Position numbers and translations under genes: made by a program. A stretch of DNA of 64,000 nt from an uncultured Planctomycetaceae bacterium (GTDB lineage: Bacteria; Planctomycetota; Phycisphaerae; SM23-33): the NCBI GenBank assembly GCA_964557575.1, contig CAZLBC010000013.1, forward strand, positions 5,758 to 69,757, given 5' to 3'. How positions within the stretch are numbered: position 1 is the stretch's first letter; the number at the start of each line of letters is the position of its first letter. The notes under the pieces are model-generated. The model was not told the origin of the DNA, searched no databases, and saw only the letters and a program-made list of their open reading frames with translations. Below, one piece after another: positions 54,237 to 62,887 of this stretch.

Positions 54237-54528
54237 ATGACCGCAATCAGACCGCACCTGCCTGCCGTGGAGGAAACGGTCATCATCGCAGAGGGAGCGC
54301 GGCGCACAGACGTGGGAACTGTCCCTGCACACGCCGGACATCCTCGCCGCGGCATCGCTCGTCCAGGCCTGCGTCCATGGTTGGGGAACTGCCTTTCCGG
54401 TGACCATCGACGAAAACCGGGCCCGGATCGCGGCCCGCAAGGGCGTCACCTACCAGATCCTCGTGGACGGAACGCGCATTGAAACAATCGCCTCCGGCGG
54501 CGCGGACGAGGTTGCACTCGGCGGGTAG
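54237..54528 (+). pseudogene. Possible frameshifted remnant of a small gene inside a 780-nt non-coding gap
   Basis: Frame 0 reads MTAIRPHLPAVEETVIIAEGARRTD... then drifts into R/P/G-rich text. From ~54310 the +1 frame reads protein-like to a TAG at 54526: TWELSLHTPDILAAASLVQACVHGWGTAFPVTIDENRARIAARKGVTYQILVDGTRIETIASGGADEVALGG. No single intact ORF and no convincing Shine-Dalgarno. Confidence 0.25.
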
Positions 54529-54564
54529 GCCCCGCGACGGTTACCTCCCGCGCCGTCCGAACGG

Positions 54565-57500
54565 CTACGTCCCCCCGAAGCAGACGACGGAGCCGCCGGC
54601 GGTAACCATGTAGAGCTTTCCGTCCGCGGCGATCATGCCGTCAAAGGCGGGGAGACCGTCCAGTTTCAGCTCGGCGAGCTTTTTTCCGTCCTGTTTCGAG
54701 AAGACCTGCATGACGCCGCCGCGGGTGCCCTTCAGCCATTCCGCCTGCAACTGCATCTTCTTTCGGAACTCGTCCTCGTTGGAGCGCCCCCACATCTCGC
54801 GCTCGTCGACCACGTCGCGGGGGCCGGCGACGAAAAGCCGGTCGCCGGCCAGGACCATGGCCTTGGCCATGACCGCCGGCTCCTCGTTGACCCAGTTGAA
54901 ATCCAGCGCGGTCAGTTTCTTCATCGGCTGCTTGGACAGGTTTTTCCAGTCGACCGTGTGATTCGCCAGCGCATTCTTTTTGTCCACCGGGTATTTTGCC
55001 TTCGGCCACCGCTTCCCCTCGATGCGGGGTATGCCCACCTTGCGGGAAGGGGTCTTCTTGGCACTGAAGAGCCGGTACTCATTGACGGAGCTGTTGCACA
55101 TGATCCCGGGGTCCCGGCCGTAGGAGTAGGCGTTCGTGTCGTCGATGCACATGATGCGGCCGCAGGGCACCCGCTTGGGCGGAAGCTGGAACTCGGCCCA
55201 GCCCTCGCCGGCCGCCCGGCCGTAGATCCAGTAGGTCCGGTGATGCCAGGAATCGTCCAGGAACGAAATGGGCGAAAACAGGTGCACCTCCTCGTCGTAC
55301 TGGGTGTCGGGCCGCTGGGGATTGACGCGGACCCGCTTGCCGTCCATGGTGAAGGTCTGCGATTTCATGTAGACGTGCTTCCCGTCGCTGGAGAGCACGT
55401 CGGGCAGGCCGACGGGCATGTGCTTGCCCGTGATCAGGTCGTCGAGCTGCTTGTCGGTCCCGGGGACCTTTCGGTCCATGACGTTCTCGGCGACCAGTTC
55501 CCCGGTTTCGGGATTGAGTATCACCATCCGCATACCGCCGTCGAGGAAGAGGCTCCGCCCGGCGGTGCAGTAGAGCTTGCCGTCCTGTACCAGGACGCTG
55601 CCGTGCACCGGCCAGGCCGATTCGACCCTGCCGTAGGAGACGATTCTGCGATCGCCGGGCGCGGCCCGGAATTTCCAGGCCAGCGTGCCGCTGCCGGCAT
55701 CGAGGGCGTAGACGCAGCCGTCGGCGCACCCGAAGAGGGCCAGGCCCTTGTAGAGCGTCGGCGGCGAATCGACCCGCGCGCCCGCCCGGTACGACCAGAC
55801 CCCTTCGCCGGTAGCCGCGTCCAGGCAGAAGACCGTGTGCCGGTCGACCGCGCTGGCGCAGAGCTTGCCGCCGGCCACCACCGGCTGGCTGATCTTCGTG
55901 CCGAAATCCGCCTTCCAGGCCTGCCGCGGCTCGGCCGCGACCGCGGTTCCCGCGGTACCGGAGCGGGTATTGTCGTGGCGGAACACGGGCCAGTCGGATG
56001 CCGGGTATTCAACGGTCTTGTCATGCTTCCCGAAGGCCGGCCCTTTCACGAGCCGCTCGCCGCCGCGCGGCGCGGCGGTCGGCTGCGGGGCGAGGGCACA
56101 GAAGCCGTTGAGCTGGGTCTGGTAGTAACACGCGCAGGCATGGGGGGTCGCGTAGATCAGGCCGTTGGCGGGCGTAATGCCGTAGATGCAGCCGCCCCGG
56201 ACCCAGTGGTTGTTCTCCCACGTGTCTTCCTTCATGTCGTAAACCATGATCCCCATCATCGGCGGGTACTGGTATCTCCCGGTCGCGCGCCCGGGATAGC
56301 ACCGCTGGTGGATATAAAACGAGTTGATCGGGTTGCTGAACTGGTCGAGCTGCGTGCCGTCCTGCAGCCCGTAGGTGGTGAAGACGCCCTTGTTCGGCCG
56401 CCCGAGCACCCACACCTTCTCGCCGATGACGTAGAAGTCCTCGAGGCTGAAGTGCCCGGAGCGGGGTTTTTTCTTAACCGTCCAGAGGATCTCCCCGTCC
56501 TTCGCGGCAATCGTGAAAATTCGTCCCATCGGCGAAAACACCACCCGGTCTTCGCAGATGATCAGCCGCGGCCCGGCATACCCGGTCCGGATCTGCTTCA
56601 TCGCAGAAACCTCCGCCTTCCAGAGTTCGTCGCCGCTGCTGCGGTTGAGGGCCACGACGTGGTCGCCGTCGTAAAAACAGACCATCCGGTCGTCCGCGGC
56701 GAGTGTCATCGGGGCGACGGGCACCCTCTTCTCCCAGCGGACCGTGTCGCTATCGGCCGCCAATGCCTTGAGGACGCGGACGCCCGTCTCGGGCTGCCAC
56801 TGCCACTTCTTGCTCGCCCGGTCCCGCTCCCGCCAGCAGTTGGGGTGCTGCTGGCGGTAGTCGACCGGCTTCCGGTCCGGGTCCACCGCGGCAAAAACGA
56901 CGCCGCCGGAGACGATAAGCTCGAAGGTCGTCGCCGTTTCGTCGTAGGTCCGCATTTCTTTCCCCGTCGCGGCGTCCAGGCACACCAGGTCGTGACCGAC
57001 ACCGGGGGAGATGTACACCCGGTCGCCGACCGCCACGAGCCGCCGGGGAAGCCAGCCGGGGCCGCTCTTGAGAGGGTAGAGGTGATTGAACCAGTCCGGC
57101 AGCGGCTTTTTCCAGAGGACGGTGCCGTTGAACGCATCGCGGGCCGTAAGATAATTTTCGGCCGGGAGCTGGATGGACTCGGTCAATCCTTCGTCCATGA
57201 CGTAGAAGACCCTCCCGCCCGCGGAGACCATGGCGTTCATGCCGGCCGTGTGCTCGTGGCTCCGCGCCCAGAACGGGCCGCCGGTCCACCGCAGGCCCCG
57301 GGGATGCGCGGCGACCTCGTCGTCGGAGACCGAGGTCCCCCGCGGGTCGTGGAGGAAGTGCGTCCACTCGTCGATTGCCTGCGGCCACGGTTTCCGGTAG
57401 ACCGTCCACCCCGCACATCCCGCGGCCGCCGCGGTCTTTAACCCGGCGATCTTCCGCCCGTCGGCGATGAGGGCGGCGCCTTTCGGCGCCAGGACCCGCT

Positions 57501-57858
57501 CGACTTCCGCGGCCGTGATATCCCCGGTCTTAGACACCACCAGGAGGTTGACCATGTTGTCCACGTAGGGCAGGTGTTTCCCGTCCCAGGCCGTAATGGA
57601 AACGGCGCCGTACGCGCCGCCGGCCGCCGCCTTTTCCCCGGCGGCGGCCACATCCGCCTCGGCGGCGAGCCCCTGGACCAGGAAGCGGTCGTGTATCCGC
57701 AGGCCGGCGGTCAGCGCGCCGTCCGTGCAGCCGACATGGACGACCAGGCCGCCCTTCACGCCGGCGGCGTCGATCAGCTTCGACGGCTGTTCCGCGGACA
57801 GTGCGGCGGGAGCGAATAACAACAGCGTTGCGAGGGCGAGGGGTGCGTATCTGTGCAT
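54565..57858 (-). CDS. Large secreted PQQ-like beta-propeller repeat protein (BamB-like repeats), 1097 aa
   Basis: Signal peptide MHRYAPLALATLLLFAPAALSA. Many A.DA.tG..lW repeats (LVCLDAATGKEMRTY, VVALNRSSGDELWKA, VFCLDAATGEGVWSY, VYALDAGSGTLAWKF, MVILNPETGELVAE). AGGAG Shine-Dalgarno 7 nt upstream. Confidence 0.7.
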   Translation of the reverse strand: MHRYAPLALATLLLFAPAALSAEQPSKLIDAAGVKGGLVVHVGCTDGALTAGLRIHDRFLVQGLAAEADVAAAGEKAAAGGAYGAVSITAWDGKHLPYVDNMVNLLVVSKTGDITAAEVERVLAPKGAALIADGRKIAGLKTAAAAGCAGWTVYRKPWPQAIDEWTHFLHDPRGTSVSDDEVAAHPRGLRWTGGPFWARSHEHTAGMNAMVSAGGRVFYVMDEGLTESIQLPAENYLTARDAFNGTVLWKKPLPDWFNHLYPLKSGPGWLPRRLVAVGDRVYISPGVGHDLVCLDAATGKEMRTYDETATTFELIVSGGVVFAAVDPDRKPVDYRQQHPNCWRERDRASKKWQWQPETGVRVLKALAADSDTVRWEKRVPVAPMTLAADDRMVCFYDGDHVVALNRSSGDELWKAEVSAMKQIRTGYAGPRLIICEDRVVFSPMGRIFTIAAKDGEILWTVKKKPRSGHFSLEDFYVIGEKVWVLGRPNKGVFTTYGLQDGTQLDQFSNPINSFYIHQRCYPGRATGRYQYPPMMGIMVYDMKEDTWENNHWVRGGCIYGITPANGLIYATPHACACYYQTQLNGFCALAPQPTAAPRGGERLVKGPAFGKHDKTVEYPASDWPVFRHDNTRSGTAGTAVAAEPRQAWKADFGTKISQPVVAGGKLCASAVDRHTVFCLDAATGEGVWSYRAGARVDSPPTLYKGLALFGCADGCVYALDAGSGTLAWKFRAAPGDRRIVSYGRVESAWPVHGSVLVQDGKLYCTAGRSLFLDGGMRMVILNPETGELVAENVMDRKVPGTDKQLDDLITGKHMPVGLPDVLSSDGKHVYMKSQTFTMDGKRVRVNPQRPDTQYDEEVHLFSPISFLDDSWHHRTYWIYGRAAGEGWAEFQLPPKRVPCGRIMCIDDTNAYSYGRDPGIMCNSSVNEYRLFSAKKTPSRKVGIPRIEGKRWPKAKYPVDKKNALANHTVDWKNLSKQPMKKLTALDFNWVNEEPAVMAKAMVLAGDRLFVAGPRDVVDEREMWGRSNEDEFRKKMQLQAEWLKGTRGGVMQVFSKQDGKKLAELKLDGLPAFDGMIAADGKLYMVTAGGSVVCFGGT

Positions 57859-57936
57859 CGGCGTTCTCCTGGAAAAAGGGGTAACGGCAACTGAGCTGTT
57901 TCGGTAGTGATTGTCAGCAGGTGTCGCGAGCGGTAA

Positions 57937-57965
57937 ATTGTAGTGTACCTGGCGGAATGCGACAA
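57937..57965 (-). promoter_or_regulatory. Candidate sigma70 promoter for the PQQ-propeller gene
   Basis: Minus-strand TTGTCG (57960-65), 17-nt spacer, TACAAT (57937-42), ~75 nt upstream of the start. A plus-strand TTGTCA-17-TAAATT overlaps it and could serve the divergent small ORF. Confidence 0.3.
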
Positions 57966-58027
57966 GCCGTTATACGATAACCGGCATACCGGTTTCATTT
58001 CGACGGCCGCGGAAGGGAGATACCCGC

Positions 58028-58255
58028 ATGCCCAATTTCAAGCTGACGATGAAGATCAACAAGCGGCTGACGGACGTGGTCCTGGTCGCCCGCGACATCG
58101 AGGACGCCCGGTCCCGGGCGCTGACCATGCACCCCACGGGCGAGATCGTCTCGATCGAGCAGAAGGGCGCCGGATGTGCAGGCTGTTCGCCGGTCCCGGC
58201 CTCATTGCTCATGACGAAGGGTTACGCAGTCGACGTCAACGTACCATTCGCCTGA
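58028..58255 (+). CDS. Small hypothetical protein (75 aa)
   Basis: Strong Shine-Dalgarno GGAAGGGAGA 7 nt upstream of the ATG; N-terminal half MPNFKLTMKINKRLTDVVLVARDIEDARSRALTMHPTGEIVSIEQKG is protein-like. Last 54 nt overlap the convergent giant gene, so the C-terminus is uncertain. Confidence 0.35.
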   Translation: MPNFKLTMKINKRLTDVVLVARDIEDARSRALTMHPTGEIVSIEQKGAGCAGCSPVPASLLMTKGYAVDVNVPFA

Positions 58256-61200
58256 AAGCTCCCGCCCCCCATGGAGACCGAAGGCCGGGCCGGAGGCCGG
58301 GGTGTCCTCATACCCTGCCACCTTCTCCCCGTCGAAGAGTACGGTGGTGTTCGGACCGTCCATGACCACCGCCAGGGTGTGCGGCTTGTCGTCGACCGCG
58401 CCGAACGTGGTGTGTACATTGTCGCCCCGTCGACGGCCGCGTTCGTCGCGGCGCGAGCGGACCAGCTCCCAGGGCTCGCCCGCCGGCCCGGCGCGCACGG
58501 TCAAACGCTGTCCGCAGTACAGCTTCGTGTGGCTCAGTCCGTGCGTGCTCCAGGCGGGCGTTTTGGCGCGCGTCAAGAGAGAGAGCGTGTTCACTCGCTT
58601 TTTGATCGCACCCGACAGGCGGAACGTCACTTCGAGAGCGGCGTCCTTCCACGTGCTCTTCAGCCCCTGCCACATCTCGATCCGCACCGGCCCCCGCCAG
58701 GAACTTTTATTCTCGCCGAACCGCAGGGCGCCGTCCCGGACCGACACGCTGTTCAGGTTGGTCCAGCGCACGCTCGGCCCGCCGTCGAAACGGTCGCGGA
58801 AAACCACGCCCGCGGGCAACTGCGGGGCGCCTGCGCCCACCACCGTCAGGTCATAGGGCGTATCCATCTCCACGGTTACGCCCGCGGGCCGGCACGGGCC
58901 GAAACGCCGGCCGGTCTCGAGGTCGACGATCTCCGCCCGGGGCCGAAATCCGATCACCTCTGCGTCAAAGCTCAGCGTGACCGGGCCGGGCGTGCGCGAC
59001 CAGCTCTGCAACACCAGGAACAGGCGCTTGTCGGCCGGCCGCGCGAACAGAAGCCACTTCACGTCCTCCCGGTCGGTGGTGACCGCGGGCGCCTCCGCCC
59101 AATAGTTGTGCACCTCGACGGTGGGCGTGTCGTAGCCGAAGCCCCGGAAAGCCTGTTCGAGATTTGCGACCGCCGGGCAACTGGTACGCGCGGGAATCTC
59201 GTGAACCCGTCGCATGCCCCACTCGCGCTTCTGGGCGAAGATGGAACGGTCGTCCTCCCGGTCCATTTCGTCCCGCGGAAGGGTCTCCGGGTCGAGCGCG
59301 AAGTGATTCAACCGAAAGAGCCCGTGGCAGAGCGCCGGATAATTTCCGGTCTGGCGCCCCGTACTCTGCGCCCGGAGATAGGCCGGCGGGAAGGGCTCAT
59401 TCGGTTCGTGTTGCTTCGGGTGCTTGACATGCCGGGCGAAGCGCTGCGCGGAGAACTCGTTATCGAATGACGTGGTGCACCAGGCGAGAACGGGCAGCAG
59501 GTTCGTGTTGGTCATGTGTTGCAGGAAGAGCAGATTCTCGCCGCGCTTCCGCCGCCAGTGGTGCATGAGGTTCCACACGCGTTTGGAGTACTCCCGCTGG
59601 TTCCACAACGTCAACCCCGGCTGGATGTGGCCGTCCTCGGTCTTGTAGGCGGCCGAGGTGAGCGGATTGGTGGCGGCGGTCAGATAGGTATTGTCCCAGT
59701 AGATGCCCACGCCGCGTTTCAGCCACTCGTTGGCGTAGTACGCGCCGTAGTCCCGGTAACTGTCGATGAAGTTCACGCGGGCGCGGGCGCCCGCGTGGCG
59801 GTTCCGGCGGAAGATGTCGTAGCCGTCCGGCCAGGCCTCGCGCGGACCGGCGTAGGCCTCCGGCAGTTCCCGCCGGGGCCTCCCCCGTTCCATGTTCCAC
59901 TCGTCCTTGTACACGCGCCAGTCGTTGCGGTAGGTGGGGGCGGCCATCTCCTCGAAATACGTCATTGTGGGACGTTCACTGCGCCGGGCGAAGAGCATGA
60001 TGCTTCGGACCCAACTGCTCGTGCCCCGCAGCGGCGGGACGTCGTGCTCCTTCTGATACTGCTCGAACCAGGCCTTGTTGTCCTTGCCGGCCCGCTGCTG
60101 CTCGATGATCTTGTCCACGATGGTCCAGTCGTCCTTGAACGGAAACTTGTCCGCGCACTGGTGACCGCCCCACGCCGTGACGGGCAACCCGCCCCCGCGG
60201 GCGCCGGTCCGCCAGTCCTCCGGCATGGGCTTGGCCGGGGACGCCTGCAGGCCGAAGACGATTTCGCGCTCCGCGTCGATCGCCGCAGGCGTATTGACCA
60301 GGTGAACCCGGATGACCACCGTATCGCCGTCCCGAACGATTTCCTGCAGGGGCTTCTCGCTCAAGTTCTTCTCGGTGATCCACCCCTTGTCGTTCTCGGC
60401 GAACCAGGCGATCCCGCGCTCCGCGCCCCCCGCCCAGACGTAGCCGGTGAATGCGTTGCGCCATCCGCCGCGAAACGTCGTGCGGTGCGACCGCCAGACC
60501 GTGCCCCGGCCGTCCGGGATGACGCCGGAGTAGTTGTAGCGCAGAGTGCCGGTATCCTCGTGCATCAGGGTGGCTTCGGACGCCCGGAGCGGAATATCGA
60601 GCCACAGCCGCTCGATCGTCTTCCCATCGCGTCCGGGCGCCAGGCGCATCGTCACCTTCATCATGCCGTCCATCTCGATCTCGGAAACCGTTTCGACGGT
60701 CGCCGCCGGACACGCCGCCCTGGCGCGGTACTCGGCACGGTGCGGTTGGGTTACAGCCCACTTCCCTTCGCCGAATGTCCAGGCGCACGCGTCGCCGTCC
60801 GCGGTCCGACCATGCACGCGGACGGGGGCGGCCAGGAGTTCACGCCCCTGGGAAACCGCCGAGTCCCACAGGCCGAACCCGTTCATGCGGTAGTCGCGCA
60901 GCACGACCGACACCGTCTCGTTCTCCACCCGAATCGGCTCGTACGGAGGAAAGACCTCGTCGGTGACCCCGAGCTGGTTGTTCTCCCACGGAAAGCTCGC
61001 CGCGAGGAAAACGACCGGCGCGGATCGCAACTCTTCGCCGTTCACGGTCACCGCGGCGCGCAGCGTGTAGACGCCGTCGGGAAGCTGCGGCGTCTTGAGG
61101 CTGTGCATCGTTCCGTCCAGCGTGCCTTCGACCGACAGGATTTTCCGGCCGTCGCCACCTGTCAGCCGCACGGTCGCCGTTTCAAGATGGCCGTTCGCCT

Positions 61201-62794
61201 CCTTTGCCGACATCGTGTAGTAGATCGCGTTCTCGCTCGGCAGCCGCCAGGCGCTCAGGTAAATCGGGGCGGGCGGTTCCGTCGGCACCACCTTCTCCGG
61301 ATCCACGTAGCTCCAGTACCGGTTGGCCACCTCGCCCGCACTCAGGCCCCGCTCGTAAAAGCAGAGTTCGTCGATGTCGAATTGCGGGGTGAATTCGATC
61401 TCGTCCAGCACCCCCTTGTTTCCCTCCGCGGGGATGGCATTTTCTCCCGCGGAGACGCGTTTGCCGTTGATGTGCAGCACGATCTCCCGGGCATCCCACG
61501 CCAGCGCCAGGTGATACCATCGTCCGGGATGCACCGCGACCGCCGCACCGTGCATGCGCAGGTTGCCCTCCGCATCCCGGTAGTAGAAGGACAGGGGCCG
61601 ATTCGCGCGCACCGTGTTGAAGAAATACACCACCACCCCCGACGCGCTCAGGAGCTTCGCGTTGCGGTCGGAGATGTTGTTGACTCCGCGGGGGCGGAAC
61701 CAGAACTCGAGGCTGCCCTCGCGCCAGTCCGCCAGGCGGAATCCTCCGATGCGGAGTGTGCCGTTGACCGCCGTCCCCTTCACGCCGGGGACGTGTTCGC
61801 CCTTGAAAGACACCGTGAACCGTTCGACAATCGCCGGATCGCTGGCCAGCAGCGCCGGCGACGCGGTCGGCCGCGTATTTCCGTCCAGGTGGAACAGCAA
61901 CCGCGGTTGCCGTTCCGGGTCGAGCACGCCGTCCAGCGGCGGCAGGCCCTTCTCGGCGACGCGATCGATCCACGGCATGGGATCGAGCGGCCAGAACCGC
62001 CCCACCCTCCCGTCCACGCGCACCTCGTCGATGACGCCGGCCAGGCCGCCGCCGTCCGGGGTGCCGCCGACATAGATCGGCGCCGGGGTTATGTCGGCCT
62101 CCGTGCCCGCCGCGCCGGACGCGGGAAAATCGGCGACCGCGGTGCCGTTCACGAAAAGCCGGTCGCGCCCGACCGACAGATGTCCACCGGCGAACACGCC
62201 GGCCACGTGCGTCCATTCGCCCACGGGAACGGCTCCCGCCGGGCTCGTATGCGCCGTTTGCCGCCGGGAACCGCAGGCGGTGACCGACGTACCGAGGGCC
62301 CCGTCGGACGTCACACAAAGGGAGAAGCCGACGGCTTTTCGATTATTGTCCGGGCGAAAGAGGATATACGCATTCTCTCCCGCCGCCGGGTACTTTTCCA
62401 GACGTACCCATCCCTCCAGGGAGAACGTGCGGTTGGCCTCGTGAATCGCCATGGCGTTCGGACAAAACGGCGTTGTCGGAAAACGGGCGTATCCGCCGTC
62501 GCCCACCCGCAGGCCGCCGCCGAAACGGCCTTCGGTTTCCTGCGCGGCACCCCCCGCCCGTTCGCCCGCACCGTCGAGTTTTCCCTCTCCGCTCAGCGGC
62601 GCGGTCGCGTCAAAATGGATCAGCGCATACGTATGCGTGTCCGACGCATAGGGCTTCCAGAATGCCGTGTCGGTGGCGGTTGCCGACGCCGGAGCAAGCA
62701 GGCACGCGCCCGCCGCGGCGAGGATGACAAGGCCTGCGGTCCCCCGCGGAGACCAGGCCGACGGCGCGATTCGATGGTGGCGACGGTTTCTCAT
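58202..62794 (-). CDS. Giant secreted protein (~1530 aa) with multiple concanavalin-A/LamG-like lectin domains and a large central uncharacterised domain
   Basis: Start set at MRNRRHHRIAPS... (ATG 62792-94) with a GAAAGGAG Shine-Dalgarno; the track begins 9 codons earlier at a GTG. Signal peptide ...LVILAAAGACLLAPASA. Two N-terminal LamG-like jelly rolls (…GEWTHVAGVFAGGHLSVGRDRLFVNGTAV…; …GRWYHLALAWDAREIVLHINGKRV…) and another at the C-terminus. The ~700-aa middle region has no confident assignment. Confidence 0.65.
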   Translation of the reverse strand: MRNRRHHRIAPSAWSPRGTAGLVILAAAGACLLAPASATATDTAFWKPYASDTHTYALIHFDATAPLSGEGKLDGAGERAGGAAQETEGRFGGGLRVGDGGYARFPTTPFCPNAMAIHEANRTFSLEGWVRLEKYPAAGENAYILFRPDNNRKAVGFSLCVTSDGALGTSVTACGSRRQTAHTSPAGAVPVGEWTHVAGVFAGGHLSVGRDRLFVNGTAVADFPASGAAGTEADITPAPIYVGGTPDGGGLAGVIDEVRVDGRVGRFWPLDPMPWIDRVAEKGLPPLDGVLDPERQPRLLFHLDGNTRPTASPALLASDPAIVERFTVSFKGEHVPGVKGTAVNGTLRIGGFRLADWREGSLEFWFRPRGVNNISDRNAKLLSASGVVVYFFNTVRANRPLSFYYRDAEGNLRMHGAAVAVHPGRWYHLALAWDAREIVLHINGKRVSAGENAIPAEGNKGVLDEIEFTPQFDIDELCFYERGLSAGEVANRYWSYVDPEKVVPTEPPAPIYLSAWRLPSENAIYYTMSAKEANGHLETATVRLTGGDGRKILSVEGTLDGTMHSLKTPQLPDGVYTLRAAVTVNGEELRSAPVVFLAASFPWENNQLGVTDEVFPPYEPIRVENETVSVVLRDYRMNGFGLWDSAVSQGRELLAAPVRVHGRTADGDACAWTFGEGKWAVTQPHRAEYRARAACPAATVETVSEIEMDGMMKVTMRLAPGRDGKTIERLWLDIPLRASEATLMHEDTGTLRYNYSGVIPDGRGTVWRSHRTTFRGGWRNAFTGYVWAGGAERGIAWFAENDKGWITEKNLSEKPLQEIVRDGDTVVIRVHLVNTPAAIDAEREIVFGLQASPAKPMPEDWRTGARGGGLPVTAWGGHQCADKFPFKDDWTIVDKIIEQQRAGKDNKAWFEQYQKEHDVPPLRGTSSWVRSIMLFARRSERPTMTYFEEMAAPTYRNDWRVYKDEWNMERGRPRRELPEAYAGPREAWPDGYDIFRRNRHAGARARVNFIDSYRDYGAYYANEWLKRGVGIYWDNTYLTAATNPLTSAAYKTEDGHIQPGLTLWNQREYSKRVWNLMHHWRRKRGENLLFLQHMTNTNLLPVLAWCTTSFDNEFSAQRFARHVKHPKQHEPNEPFPPAYLRAQSTGRQTGNYPALCHGLFRLNHFALDPETLPRDEMDREDDRSIFAQKREWGMRRVHEIPARTSCPAVANLEQAFRGFGYDTPTVEVHNYWAEAPAVTTDREDVKWLLFARPADKRLFLVLQSWSRTPGPVTLSFDAEVIGFRPRAEIVDLETGRRFGPCRPAGVTVEMDTPYDLTVVGAGAPQLPAGVVFRDRFDGGPSVRWTNLNSVSVRDGALRFGENKSSWRGPVRIEMWQGLKSTWKDAALEVTFRLSGAIKKRVNTLSLLTRAKTPAWSTHGLSHTKLYCGQRLTVRAGPAGEPWELVRSRRDERGRRRGDNVHTTFGAVDDKPHTLAVVMDGPNTTVLFDGEKVAGYEDTPASGPAFGLHGGRELSGEWYVDVDCVTLRHEQ

Positions 62795-62887
62795 TTTGAA
62801 CGCTCCTTTCGCAACGGACACGGGCCCGTATCTGAACCGGCCCGTTGTGCGATACGGTCGCTTCTTCTTCTCTTAAAGAGGGGCTCC

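Noticed and set aside
54958-57441. 827-aa plus-strand ORF antisense to the PQQ-propeller gene
   Set aside because: The minus-strand gene has a signal peptide, Shine-Dalgarno and repeated PQQ-like motifs. The antisense frame is R/G/P/A-rich with no features.
58271-59470. 399-aa and other plus-strand ORFs (59164-59427, 60546-60893, 61614-62075, 62091-62444) antisense to the giant LamG gene
   Set aside because: All are contained in the giant gene's span. Compositionally GC-artefact-like.
62822-62845. Hairpin cgggcc-N12-ggcccg between the beta-helix gene and the giant gene as a terminator
   Set aside because: 6-bp stem with a 12-nt loop and no downstream T tract on the relevant strand. The giant gene's Shine-Dalgarno follows directly, so read-through or a separate promoter is more likely.
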